From: Spirochaetia bacterium
GTDB lineage: Bacteria > Spirochaetota > Spirochaetia > SZUA-6 > Bin103
Assembly: GCA_965203905.1 (NCBI GenBank)
Contig: CBDBDQ010000003.1
Location: 31,707-95,706 of the forward strand
DNA: 64,000 nucleotides
Reading direction: 5' to 3'
The position numbers and the translations under genes were made by a program. Below the pieces are notes generated by a model. It was not told the DNA's origin, ran no database searches, and saw only the letters and a program-made list of their open reading frames with translations. This document shows positions 19,284-28,472 of the stretch, piece by piece. Each line of letters starts with the position of its first letter. The first letter of the stretch is position 1.

Positions 19284-19979
19284 ATGCTGTTTGATGGGTT
19301 CGCTGGATGGGTCGCCAAGTGGTGGTGGTTGATTACTCTCGTTGTCGTTGTCGTCATCCTGCTCATCCCAGGGAAGCGTTCTCACCGGCAGAAGAAAAAA
19401 GGGCATTCGAGCGGCACAGGACCACAGCAGCGACGCGTGGGCTCGCGGTCATCTGGAGTGCAGCTCCGCCCCGCGCATCGGGGCGAGACACCCACCTTCC
19501 CCGCGCACCGGGTCGATAGCCACACCATTCGCGCTCGCTGGGTAGAGGGCCCTACCCGTACGATCATGGGCAGAGCGTATGTGACGGACGGCGACGGGAT
19601 ACGGGTCGCCAGAAAGGAAGTGCGCCTCGCCGGCCTTGACGCGCCCGAATGGGATCAGATGGCCAAACATCAGAACGGATACTGGTTCAACCACGGGAAG
19701 CGCGTGAAGAGCGCGCTCATTCAGGAAATTGGCGGCAAGCATGTCAGTGTGACGGTCGAGAGCGTGGATAAGTTTGGGCGGCTAGTCGGCACTGTGACCT
19801 GCGAGGGCAGAGACATCGGTGAATGGATGGTGCGGGAAGGACTTGCCATCGCCGCCTACCATGACCGCTACAGGCAAGTCGAGCGGGGGGCGCGTGAAGC
19901 GAGGCGCGGCATGTGGGCACACGCCCACAACTTCGATCCCAGGGCGCACCGACACCGTGAGCGGCGAAGGATTGAGTAA
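19284..19979 (+). CDS. Membrane-anchored thermonuclease (staphylococcal nuclease fold)
   Basis: N-terminal TM WVAKWWWLITLVVVVVILLI. SNase motifs VTDGDGIRV...VRLAGLDAPE...GRLVGTV...REGLAIAAY...AREARRGMW. Confidence 0.8.
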   Translation: MLFDGFAGWVAKWWWLITLVVVVVILLIPGKRSHRQKKKGHSSGTGPQQRRVGSRSSGVQLRPAHRGETPTFPAHRVDSHTIRARWVEGPTRTIMGRAYVTDGDGIRVARKEVRLAGLDAPEWDQMAKHQNGYWFNHGKRVKSALIQEIGGKHVSVTVESVDKFGRLVGTVTCEGRDIGEWMVREGLAIAAYHDRYRQVERGAREARRGMWAHAHNFDPRAHRHRERRRIE

Positions 19980-20099
19980 CGTTTAGCTCGCCGCGTGACG
20001 TGCAGTGCCAACAGGGTGGATTCTCAGACTGACGCACTAACGGAGCGGTCTGCTCGTTCCACCGGCCTCTCGTCGTGTGATAGACTGGTGCTCCCTAAA

Positions 20100-20687
20100 A
20101 TGATGACTGTGACCGAACGCCGCAAGCGTGCTGAAATCATGTTGATCCAGCGAGTCATGTATAAGACGCCCTACCTGAAGCTTTGGCGGACGGCCTACCC
20201 CAAAACCAAATGCAACAACGAGAATAGCGCCGGCGAGATGGTCCGGCGCGAACTTCGAAAGCTTCCAGCTCTCCGCGCCGAGGAGAGAGCCGCGCGCCGT
20301 CTGCCACCCCCACCGCAGACCCCGGAGGATAGCGAACCTGAGGTGCCCAGCGAGCCAGCGCCGCCGCCGAAGATGAAGAAGTGTCTGGGAGTCGCCGGTA
20401 GGCAGTGCGATCAGGAAATCGTCGTGTTCCGGAATCGGAAGCGGTGCGCGAGCTGTGCGAAGGAGGTCCGGCGACTGCAGCAGCGCCCCCACAAACGGAA
20501 GTACGGTCGAAATCACCGCGAGGAGCTGCGCACGAAGCGTCGCCAGCGGCGCAGATTTGACAGCTTTATGGAGGCGAGAAAGAAGGAGCGAGAGCGGGTC
20601 GCCGCCCTGCCGGAAGTAGTGTACGAGCCCGGTGGGAAGATCTTTGTGGTGAACCCAGATACGGGCCAGCGAGAACGCTTACGCTAG
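20100..20687 (+). CDS. Basic protein with a Cys4 zinc ribbon, possibly a small-terminase-like HTH
   Basis: MMTVTERRKRAEIMLIQRVMYKTPYLKLWRTAYPKT... and CLGVAGRQCDQ...RKRCASCAKE. Very Arg/Lys-rich C-terminus. Assignment is weak. Confidence 0.4.
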   Translation: MMTVTERRKRAEIMLIQRVMYKTPYLKLWRTAYPKTKCNNENSAGEMVRRELRKLPALRAEERAARRLPPPPQTPEDSEPEVPSEPAPPPKMKKCLGVAGRQCDQEIVVFRNRKRCASCAKEVRRLQQRPHKRKYGRNHREELRTKRRQRRRFDSFMEARKKERERVAALPEVVYEPGGKIFVVNPDTGQRERLR

Positions 20688-20726
20688 GATCGATCCACGG
20701 ATCTCTATTGGTATACCGACGATAGC

Positions 20727-21233
20727 ATGCCGAAAAGAAAGGCCGAAGAGACCATGACTGACAAGAAGCGCAAGTTCTTGGCCGAAGAGATTCTTGTCCT
20801 GATTGAGCAAGGTAAGACGAGGGCCGAGGCCTGGCGTCTCACCCACCCGGAATCCGATGCCAAGCCGGACAGCATGCGAGTCATGTGCAGCAACCTGCTC
20901 GCGTGGTACAACAAGAAATATCCAACTGGGTACGAGCAGCTCATGCGGCGCCTGAGGGCACAAGAGAGACGTCGTAACCGACGACGCGTGAGGCCCCAAG
21001 AGAGTCATCACCAAGGCGGTCGACACGCACGCGATCAGGCGGCGGCGCCAATGCAGCCCGAGACTGATGAGGAGCGCCTTGAAGAACTGCTACTCGACAG
21101 GGAGCTAGAGGGGGATGAAGCACCCCCCTGGGTGGATGAAGAAATCGCCAAGCTGCGCGCTAAGGGGGTGCGCGCTCGCCAGCAGCGCGACCCAGATCCA
21201 CCGCCAACAGACGAGGGTACCCGGGGCACCTAG
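20727..21233 (+). CDS. Small-terminase-like HTH protein
   Basis: DKKRKFLAEEILVLIEQGKTRAEAWRLTHPESDAKPDSMRVMCSNLLAWYNKKYP resembles the N-terminal HTH pattern of phage TerS (..kq..F..ey...g....A....y......a...as.LL). Acidic/basic tail. Confidence 0.4.
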   Translation: MPKRKAEETMTDKKRKFLAEEILVLIEQGKTRAEAWRLTHPESDAKPDSMRVMCSNLLAWYNKKYPTGYEQLMRRLRAQERRRNRRRVRPQESHHQGGRHARDQAAAPMQPETDEERLEELLLDRELEGDEAPPWVDEEIAKLRAKGVRARQQRDPDPPPTDEGTRGT

Positions 21234-22006
21234 CCCAACCCCGCTTCACCTGCTGCTCGGGCGCTTCGCGCCACGGCACGGCACCGACGCTGACGACGCA
21301 GGCTTCGATGATTCTGCGGGCCGGCGCCGGCTCCTCGGCTCGCCACGCCGGACCAGGCCGCAGCAGATCGCCGTCACCCCCCACAGAGCTGCCCTCACTG
21401 GCCCACAGGTCACCGCCCGGTGATCGCGGCGCGAGCCGGCGCCTTCTCACGAATTCTGAGCGTGTTCAGCAGGCTCAATCGTTCAAATAGGCCGATGTCC
21501 TAGGTACAGTTAACGATTAGAGCGCAACGACGAAGGGGCCTAAACATATTACACTTAGATTATATATCGGTTACGTGATTTCATGCTGTCACGGAGAATA
21601 GTTGTGTTTCCACGATGAATCGGGCGATCTGCGCCGCAGTGTGCGCGCGCGTGGATGCGTGCGAGGTGCCGGCCGCTGGGCAGTCTTCCTCACCACCCCC
21701 CTGGTGCAGATCACTGGTGATGCAGTTGCGCTGTCGTGCGGCATGGGCGATGCCCCGGGGCAGGGCTTTAGCCGTGGCGCCGCAGGCCCTACTAAAGGCC
21801 GGGGGTGCGGGGGGGGGCAGCCCCAGGCAGTGCACCTACGCCCTGAGTGACGAGTGCGCGTCCGCATTGAGGGTCTGCGCTTCGGATCGGGCAGGGTTAC
21901 GTCCTCAGTGACAACTCTCCGCGCTCCAGCCTCCCGGGATAGCGCCGAGCGCAGCGGATTGGGGACGCGCCGTCTCCGAAGTTGCCGCTCGGATCTAGAG
22001 CACCGC

Positions 22007-22163
22007 GGACACTTCGGACACTTCATTCCTACCCGTTTTGTTTTCTTTGTTTTGCCGTTTCTCGACACTAGAGGAAGTGTCTAAAGCGTCCCAAGTGTCT
22101 TATCGTTTTGTCCACAAGGACTTAGCTGCGGACACTTCCGAATTGAAGTGTCCTGAAGTGTCC
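22007..22163. repeat. Iteron cluster (GGACACTTC / GAAGTGTCC) flanking a T-rich spacer: candidate replication origin
   Basis: Direct copies at 22007-22015, 22016-22024 and 22130-22138. Inverted copies at 22074-22081, 22093-22099 (degenerate), 22145-22153 and 22155-22163. The T-rich tract 22025-22072 (CGTTTTGTTTTCTTTGTTTTGCCGTTT) lies between them. Confidence 0.6.
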
Positions 22164-22223
22164 AAGCGCGGTTGACGGGAGCGCAGCAGCCCTATGCGGG
22201 CGTGGAGGCGCTCGCCGGCGCGG

Positions 22224-23470
22224 TCAGTCTGCGGTGGTGGTTGGTGGCCGCCGCCACCGTCTTGCGTTTCCGATCTTCGTCCGCTCGCAGCCGAGCTGCT
22301 GAAGGGCGCGTGTGACGCGCTTTCCCTTGACGGAGGTGGGCGGCGCTTCGGAATTGAAGCCGGCGGCCGCCATGGCCTCCTTCAGCGAAAACGGTGCGTG
22401 CTGCTTCACCAGCCAGTCGTTGAGCTTGTCCTCCAGCACTTCGTCGGCGTTGCGGTACCGTTCGGCTTGTTCGGCGGCAGCGCCGATCTCCAGCTCGAAG
22501 GGCATAACCGGCAAGATGCCCTTCTCGTAGCGTGTCCGAGCTTCCGCCCACAATTGACCGCGGTGGTCCGCAATCCAGTCACGCACGAAGCGCGCCGGCT
22601 GGCGCTTGCCATTGATGATCTTGGCTCCCAACTCCACCGGCGCGAAGCGGCGCAGGCCCGAGGGGTCGGACGGCAGGCACGAGCGGTCGTTGCTGGTCGC
22701 GGCCAGAGCAAAGCGGCGTGGCATGTGCTCGGGGTCGGATCGGTAAGTCAGCCGGATGCCGCATCATCGCGGCGTGAGAGATACGCTTTGATTTGCTCCA
22801 GGTCGGCCTTGGTGGAGCCGGTCATCTCCGATATTTCGACGATGACCCGGCCTTGCGTCGCTTCCACCCGTACCTTGTCGTCGGAGGTGAGGGACAAACC
22901 GTCGCCGAACCACTCATCGCGATCTTCGGGCAGCAACACGCGCAGGAAAGTCGACTTGCCGATACCCTGGTCCCCGATCAGAATTGGCACCACGTCCTGC
23001 TGGTATCCTGGGCTCTTGCAGCGCCAAACCGCGGTGGTGAGCACGGCGCCCGAGGCCCACTTTACCACGGCTTGGTCTTGACCGGGGCGGACCTCGAACA
23101 CGGTGTTGAGCAAAGTGTCCAGGCGCGGAACTCCGTCCCATGTGGGTAGGAGGAACAGCCAGCGCTCGAACGGATCTACCTCGCACTGGAAGCCGTACGC
23201 ATCGATCACCTGTCCGCGTAGCGACATGGAGAAGCGCGCCGGTTTGTTAGGGGCAAAGTTGCAGGACTCGGCTATCTTCTCGAACAGGTAGGCGCGGCGG
23301 CGCGGGTTGGCTTCCTCCCAGACGGCTGGACCGGCGACACAAGTATCGAGGCAGATCTCGTACTTGCAGGAACGGACGTTGTATCGGATATCCGCGTTCA
23401 GTTCTGTCAGCGCGTGAATGAACCCTTCGGCGCTGACCGCGATGATCGGCTTCTGTCCGGCGGCCGTGTC
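22224..23470 (-). pseudogene. VirE-family (P-loop primase/helicase-associated) replication protein, frameshifted and without a canonical start
   Basis: LNADIRYNVRSCKYEI...VVPILIGDQGIGKSTFLRVLL...EISEMTGSTKADLEQIKAYLSRRDD in the frame of ORF 22748..23227. It then continues as IRLTYRSDPEHMPRRFALAATSND...GLRRFAPVELG in the frame of ORF 22224..22724. The upstream reading frame stays open to about 23790, with no in-frame ATG, GTG or TTG above 23227. Confidence 0.75.
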
Positions 23471-23909
23471 CCCTCGTTTCGCTGGCGTGGAGCCGTTCTG
23501 CTGGCCGATGCTCGCCGGTGGCGCGGGGCGGTCGGTTGCGGCGGCCTGTCGGCGCCGGGTGGCGCCGGGTGGCGCCGTTTTCGGTTGGTCGTGGTGGTTG
23601 ACGCACAGAACTCTCCCTTCCCCAAAAACGGATCTACTTCGGAGAAGGAGGTGAGCGGCAGCGCCAACAGAGGTGAAGCGCCTGCTACTAAGCGTATACA
23701 GCAGACGGGGCTCAGGTTGACCGCTCCAAGGAGCCGGAGCTAGACCACCAGCACGATACGACGCGCTATTGGTGCGGTGTTGCGGGTCTTACCCTCCCAT
23801 GTAAGTCACGACAACATCGTGACCATTTCAGGTATTATTACAGGCAACACCTCGGACGTGTCAATGGGGAGGTCATTGCATGTGACCGGCTATTGGGGTA
23901 TGAACTGAA

Positions 23910-24158
23910 GTGATGGAGAAGATTCCTAGAAACGAAGTGGTACGCGTACGCGCCATGGCTTACCGCCGCGGCATCCGCTTGGTAGCGTCCCGCACGCGTG
24001 ATCCGGGGGCCGCGGATTACGGCTGTTGGGCTATGCATGACGCTCGCACCGGCGAGTTGCTGCACGCCCCTGGCCCGATCAGCCCCTACGCTTTGTCCTG
24101 GGATCAAGTGAACGAAGCGCTACGAGTTGGCGTCGGCCAGGTGCTTGCAGCGTCGTGA
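23910..24158 (+). CDS. Hypothetical small protein divergent from the VirE gene
   Basis: 82-aa ORF. No motif recognised. Its position is typical of a regulator or excisionase, but that is unsupported. Confidence 0.3.
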   Translation: MMEKIPRNEVVRVRAMAYRRGIRLVASRTRDPGAADYGCWAMHDARTGELLHAPGPISPYALSWDQVNEALRVGVGQVLAAS

Positions 24159-24572
24159 TGTCGGCCAGCGCGGCATAGCAGCAGCCCCCATAACCACCGG
24201 CTGGGGTGACGCGCCGCGGCGCCATCGGATGCACTCACGACGATCAGGGCTCCCACGGTCTCGTTTCCTCCGGGTGCTCTGGTCGCTGGTACCCTTGGGC
24301 AGTCCTGGAAGCGTCACCGGGCGCCGTCTCTTTCAGCCGCAGATCAGCCGCTCTTGGCCCTCAGCGTTGCTTGCAGCGCGGAAGTGGTGGTTATTTGGCC
24401 GCCTGCGAGCGTTCCTGGCCGTCCTGAGCAAGGCTGCGGCAAAAAAAGAGCCGCTCCACCTGGGCGCTCAAGGTGGAGCGGCTGGCTTGGGAGGGATCAG
24501 GACAGTCGAATCGGCGCCGCGCCTTGGTTCAGCGTACGGTTGTGACCAGGACCACGGCAAGCCGCCCGGCAC

Positions 24573-25637
24573 TCAACCAGGTGCAGGCGGCGGATCGGTG
24601 CGCCCGGGCGGCTCGGGGTCGGACTCGTCCCGCGAATCCGCGGGCTTGGCCGGCACCAGCATCGGCGGCGGTATATACGGCACGTGCAGCAGCTCGGCGG
24701 CCCGACGCTTCGCTTCCTCGGGGCGGCGGTCGTAAATTTGTGTGGTCGAGACGTTGGAATGCCCCGCGAGCTTCTGCACGGCGCTGATGTCCGCGCCGGC
24801 GTCGAGTAGCTCGCCGACGAAGCTGCGGCGCAGATCGTGTGGCGAGAAGCGGGTGATGCCGGCTTGGTCGGCGAGGTAGCGCAGGCGAACCAGCACCGCC
24901 TGGGCGGTCATGCGCCGGTGCCGAATCTTTCCTCCCTTGGCGACCGGACACAGCAGCGCCCCCGGCCAGATACCGCGGCGGGCCAGCCAAGCGTCGATCG
25001 CGGCGCGACCACCCGTCGGGGGATAGACGATGCGATCCTTCCGTCCCTTACCTGAGCGCACCGTGACCGCGCCGGCATCGTAATCGGCAAGTTCCAGGGC
25101 GACGACCTCGCTGCGGCGCAACCCACACCCGTACAGCAGGCCGAGCATGGCCGCATCGCGGGCGCCTACCGGGGTGTCGTTTCTGCTGCAGGTGTCGAAC
25201 AGGCGGCGCATGTCGCCGGCGTCGACGTGGCGGCCCGCCGGTAGGGTGCTCGCCGCCACGCTCTTGATAGCGACCACGCGCATCATCGTGTCGGCGTCGA
25301 TCAGCCCGAGGTTGAAAGCCTCCTTGATGACGCCGCGCAGGGCCGAGAGCATGTGATTGATGGAGGCGGGCTTGGTGTCCTCGTCGATCAGCCGGGCCCG
25401 TAACGCCATGATGTGCTGATAGCGCAACTCGGTCCAGTCCACGGCCAGCGCATCGGTGGTGATGCCGCCGGTGAGGATCATGGCAGCGCGGTTGAGCGCG
25501 TGCTGCAGGCCGCGGCGACCGACCGAGGACGCCTTGGCGGCGAGGTAGACGGCGGCCGGGTTGCGGTCGAGGGGTCCCGGCGCGGTGACGGGCACCGGCG
25601 GGCTGGCGGGCGGATCGGGGCGGTCGGTGGTGCTCAT
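24573..25637 (-). CDS. Tyrosine recombinase (phage-type integrase)
   Basis: 354 aa. ARDAAMLGLLYGCGLRRSEV (Arg I), HDLRRSF (HxxR) and LAGHSNVSTTQIYDRR (His/Tyr nucleophile). Confidence 0.9.
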   Translation of the reverse strand: MSTTDRPDPPASPPVPVTAPGPLDRNPAAVYLAAKASSVGRRGLQHALNRAAMILTGGITTDALAVDWTELRYQHIMALRARLIDEDTKPASINHMLSALRGVIKEAFNLGLIDADTMMRVVAIKSVAASTLPAGRHVDAGDMRRLFDTCSRNDTPVGARDAAMLGLLYGCGLRRSEVVALELADYDAGAVTVRSGKGRKDRIVYPPTGGRAAIDAWLARRGIWPGALLCPVAKGGKIRHRRMTAQAVLVRLRYLADQAGITRFSPHDLRRSFVGELLDAGADISAVQKLAGHSNVSTTQIYDRRPEEAKRRAAELLHVPYIPPPMLVPAKPADSRDESDPEPPGRTDPPPAPG

Positions 25638-25689
25638 GCACTGTTCCTCCTGTGTAGTGAATTGCGGCGCCCGGTTAGGGCGCAGGTAG

Positions 25690-25757
25690 GGCGAGAGGAC
25701 AGGGCTCGAACCTGCCGCGGATCTTGACCCGCTTCTCCAGCCAGAATCACTCTCGCC
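25690..25757 (-). other. tRNA-like fragment (acceptor-like ends plus T-arm GGTTCGAGCCC); not a canonical cloverleaf
   Basis: Minus-strand reading: GGCGAGAGTGATTCTGGCTGGAGAAGCGGGTCAAGATCCGCGGCAGGTTCGAGCCCTGTCCTCTCGCC. Complementary 7-nt ends and a T-arm are present. The anticodon loop is 6 or 8 nt and there is no variable region. Confidence 0.3.
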
Positions 25758-26167
25758 AAGGTGGGACCGCTGCTACCGCAGCGCGCGGTCCCAGCGCCGC
25801 GCTGCGATGCGGGCGCGCTGCAAGCTGCGCCAGCCGCAGCCGTAGGTGCGGTGCCAGCGGCGGCGCGCGAAGTAGCCGCAGCCCAGGATGGGCGGTGCCG
25901 GCGCCGTCCCCCTTCCCCTGGCGACGCGATCCCGGAGGATCGTCCTCCAGCCGTCAAACTCGCGCCAACGCAGGCGCGTGACGTCGCGGGCCATCACCTG
26001 CATCAGCACAGCCGCGTAGGCGGCCGTGGCGGCCACCAGCAGCGCCGGCGGCGCTGACCAGATCAGATCAATCAGCACGGGCGACCTCCTGCCGGCCCGG
26101 TCGGCCCCGGAAGGGGACAGGCGGTAACGGGCGCCCGTGGCAGGCGCCCGTGGTAGGGTGGTGTAGG

Positions 26168-26278
26168 TCACCCGTCGCCTTGCGGGCGAGTATGCAGCCG
26201 CACCAGGAAGCGCACGGCGACCCACACCAGGAGGGCGGCAGCCGCGCAGGCCGCCGCCCCCAGGAACAACTCCGCCAC
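26168..26278 (-). CDS. Small hydrophobic peptide (36 aa)
   Basis: GTG start 4 nt after the lipoprotein stop. VAELFLGAAACAAAALLVWVAVRFLVRLHTRPQGDG. Confidence 0.25.
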   Translation of the reverse strand: MAELFLGAAACAAAALLVWVAVRFLVRLHTRPQGDG

Positions 26279-26281
26279 CGG

Positions 26282-26758
26282 CTACTTCGCGTCCAGCGCC
26301 GCCGCCTCCCAGCCCTCCGGGAGCTGCTGGGTCTCGGGGCCGCGCTCCCACACCAGCGGCGACGCGTCGGCCGCGGCCGCGGCGATGGCCTCGGCGAAGT
26401 GGGCGTCGATGTCGACGTGCACCGGCAGCGCAACGGCGTCCGAAGCCGCCAGATCCAGCCCCAGGTCCTCGGACGCCGCGTCCCAGGCGGGAGGATCGAC
26501 GAACGGCACCACCAACTCGGCCGCGTAGCCGTAGCCGAGGAAGGTGTAAGCGTCGCGCGGCAGGCCGACCGGCCCGTCACTGACGGTGACGAATGCGACG
26601 TCGGCCGGTGCTGCGTAGAGGGCGGCGAGCGGGTCGCCGTTCCCCGGCGCCGGCGCGGCGTCCGACGTGGCCGGCGCGGTCTCGTTGCCGGTGCAACCCA
26701 TGACGATGATCGCCACCAGGGCGATCACGATGATCGGTACTCCAAGCTGCTTCACCAT
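26282..26758 (-). CDS. Lipoprotein, function unknown
   Basis: MVKQLGVPIIVIALVAIIVMGCTG (lipobox) followed by an Ala/Asp-rich mature part. Confidence 0.55.
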   Translation of the reverse strand: MVKQLGVPIIVIALVAIIVMGCTGNETAPATSDAAPAPGNGDPLAALYAAPADVAFVTVSDGPVGLPRDAYTFLGYGYAAELVVPFVDPPAWDAASEDLGLDLAASDAVALPVHVDIDAHFAEAIAAAAADASPLVWERGPETQQLPEGWEAAALDAK

Positions 26759-26843
26759 GGAGAGCTCCTTGGCCGCAGTAGCGGCTACGGACGTGCGGCA
26801 GGAATCGAACCTGCGCATACCCAACCCGGCGTCCGGACACAGA

Positions 26844-26873
26844 CAGGGCGCCCCCGGTGTCGAGGGCGCCCTG
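26844..26873 (-). terminator. Perfect 10-bp GC hairpin (possible intrinsic terminator, no U-tract)
   Basis: CAGGGCGCCC-ccggtgtcga-GGGCGCCCTG, about 90 nt downstream of the stop at 26960. Confidence 0.35.
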
Positions 26874-26959
26874 TAGGCGCGTCGTGCGGTGTGTGTGGTA
26901 GGTTGCCGGCGGTCCGCCGGCGCGGTGTCAGCTCGGTTCCGCTTCCAGGTAGCGGCGCC

Positions 26960-27223
26960 TCAGCCCCGCAGCTCGCGCAGGCGGAACACGCCGTCGGCGT
27001 TGATCCGCCCCCGGTCCGCTGCCTCGGCGTAGTGAAGCTCGCCATCGCTGGCGAGAACCTGCAGCGGGTAGCCGGGGGGCGATGTCAGCGGCGCGAAGCG
27101 CGGGTTGCGCTGCGCATAGCCGGCGGGGTAGCTGGCGGTTTCCAGGTCGCCGGCGTGGTAGACCAGGCGGAAGACGGCGACCTTGCCATCGTTGGTGCGC
27201 CACAGTGCCTCGCAATCGCTCAT
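26960..27223 (-). CDS. Hypothetical protein
   Basis: MSDCEALWRTNDGKVAVFRLVYHAGDLE... The ATG overlaps the upstream stop (ATGA). Part of the co-directional operon. Confidence 0.4.
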   Translation of the reverse strand: MSDCEALWRTNDGKVAVFRLVYHAGDLETASYPAGYAQRNPRFAPLTSPPGYPLQVLASDGELHYAEAADRGRINADGVFRLRELRG

Positions 27224-27420
27224 GGGCAGCCCCGTAGCGCCAGCGCGGCGGCGTAGCCGTCCAGGTAGGCGTGTGCCTCGGCCGCGGTGCCGTGGAAAAG
27301 CCACTGACCGCCCCGAAAGACGGTGTAGCCGGCGATCCCTGCGCCGGCGCCGTGTGGCTCGACCTCGACCCGCAAACCGAGCTTCGCGGCCCGGTCGGCC
27401 AACGTCATGGTGCGGGTCAT
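27220..27420 (-). CDS. Hypothetical small protein
   Basis: MTRTMTLADRAAKLGLRVEVEPHGAGAGIAGYTVFRGGQWLFHG... Start and stop are coupled to both neighbours. Confidence 0.35.
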   Translation of the reverse strand: MTRTMTLADRAAKLGLRVEVEPHGAGAGIAGYTVFRGGQWLFHGTAAEAHAYLDGYAAALALRGCP

Positions 27421-27626
27421 TCTCGATGCTCCGGCGGCGGCGCGCGCTCGTAGGCCTCGACGACCTCGAACGCGCAGTCCCTCACGTGGTCGTTGCCCGC
27501 GTCCTCGTCGAACACAGCGGCACGCAGGTTTTTGATGGCGGTGTGCAGCTCGCGCTCGACGCGCTTGTTCTCGCGGCGCTCCTGGCGCTCCTGGCGCCGG
27601 CGTTGCGATCCTTCGCGATTTCGCAT
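27417..27626 (-). CDS. Hypothetical small basic protein
   Basis: 69-aa ORF: MRNREGSQRRRQERQERRENKRVERELHTAIKNLRAAVFDEDAG... Confidence 0.35.
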   Translation of the reverse strand: MRNREGSQRRRQERQERRENKRVERELHTAIKNLRAAVFDEDAGNDHVRDCAFEVVEAYERAPPPEHRE

Positions 27627-27729
27627 AGGGTTGGTCCTCCTGTCCTCTGCGGCTCGACTTGGATGGAAACGGCCGGCCGCAGAGACGGGGGACGACGGGC
27701 TGGGGACAACCCGCCATCCCCTTGTGGAT

Positions 27730-28137
27730 CTAGGTGGCTGCGGCTGCCGGTTCCGCGTCGCGGGACCGGTGCCGTACCGGCTGGAACTCCACCTGCTCGG
27801 CGACGATCACGACCTTGGACCGCGCGTTGCCGTGCGGGTCGTCCCAGCGCTCTTGCTTGAGGCGCCCGACCACGCGGATGCCGCGCCCCTTGGCGAGGTG
27901 CTCGTGGCACACTTCGGCGAGCTTGCCCCACGTGGTGGTCTCGATGAACGAGACTTCCTCGGTGCGCTCGCCCTGGCGTTCCGGGTCTCTGTAGGAGCGG
28001 TTGCTAGCCAGCACCAGCGTGCACGTCGGCGTGCCCTTCGGCGTGTAGCGCAGCTCAGGCTCGCGGCACAGATTGCCCTCGATCAAAACACTGTTGAGGT
28101 TATTCAACGTGATAACCCTCCTGTGGCCATGGCTCAT
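27730..28137 (-). CDS. ssb: Single-stranded DNA-binding protein (OB fold), lacking the usual acidic C-terminal tip
   Basis: NSVLIEGNLCREPELRYTPKGTPTCTLVLASNRSY...VSFIETTTWGKLAEVCHEHLAKGRGIRVVGRLKQERWDD...KVVIVAEQVEF. Confidence 0.85.
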   Translation of the reverse strand: MSHGHRRVITLNNLNSVLIEGNLCREPELRYTPKGTPTCTLVLASNRSYRDPERQGERTEEVSFIETTTWGKLAEVCHEHLAKGRGIRVVGRLKQERWDDPHGNARSKVVIVAEQVEFQPVRHRSRDAEPAAAAT

Positions 28138-28197
28138 TCAGGCACCGGGCGGCCAATCCCGGCACGATACGGGCCAGCTACGGCCCGTATTTCGCCA

Positions 28198-28470
28198 CTA
28201 TTCGGCGATGGCTCCCGTGACCCAGCCGCGCGCGGTGTCGAGCGCAGCAGGCACGGTGCGGTGAGATTCGGTGCGGCAGTCGCCGCCGTCCTCGCGCAGC
28301 AGCAGCACGCTGTACGGCCGGCCGTGGCGCCCCATCAGGGACAGGGAACTGCGCCACACCACGGCGCGCCGGTTGCCCTGGCGGTAGACCAGGACCCGGC
28401 GCGGCGCGCGGGTGAAGCGCGCAGGCTCGCGGGAGAGTTGCAGGCGCAGGCCGTCGCGGATGGCGACCTT
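28198..28470 (-). CDS. Hypothetical small protein; start codon unclear
   Basis: The coding-looking segment IKVAIRDGLRLQLSREPARFTRAPRRVLVYRQGNRRAVVW...GWVTGAIAE follows GGAGG. No ATG, GTG or TTG lies near the RBS. Confidence 0.3.
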   Translation of the reverse strand, partial: KVAIRDGLRLQLSREPARFTRAPRRVLVYRQGNRRAVVWRSSLSLMGRHGRPYSVLLLREDGGDCRTESHRTVPAALDTARGWVTGAIAE

Positions 28471-28472
28471 TA

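Larger units (their letters stand above)
18354..25757 (-). mobile_element. Integrative element: integrase, frameshifted VirE-family replication gene, iteron origin, TerS-like HTH genes and nuclease cargo. The left boundary is not defined.
   Basis: The integrase at 24573..25637 abuts a tRNA-like T-arm/acceptor fragment at 25690..25757. Phage-like small basic proteins are present and no capsid or tail genes. The left limit is only the first phage-like ORF. Confidence 0.5.

Noticed and set aside
21589-22068. Minus-strand 159-aa ORF across the iteron region
   Set aside because: It is Arg/Pro-rich and compositionally implausible. It overlaps the repeat/T-rich origin-like DNA and has no start context.
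25690-25757. Calling this a functional tRNA or tRNA-Sec gene (the T-arm resembles selC, and TCA is in the putative anticodon loop)
   Set aside because: It is only 68 nt. The anticodon loop would be 6 or 8 nt, there is no variable arm, the D-loop is only 6 nt, and the acceptor stem has a mismatch in the alternative register. I report it only as a tRNA-like fragment.
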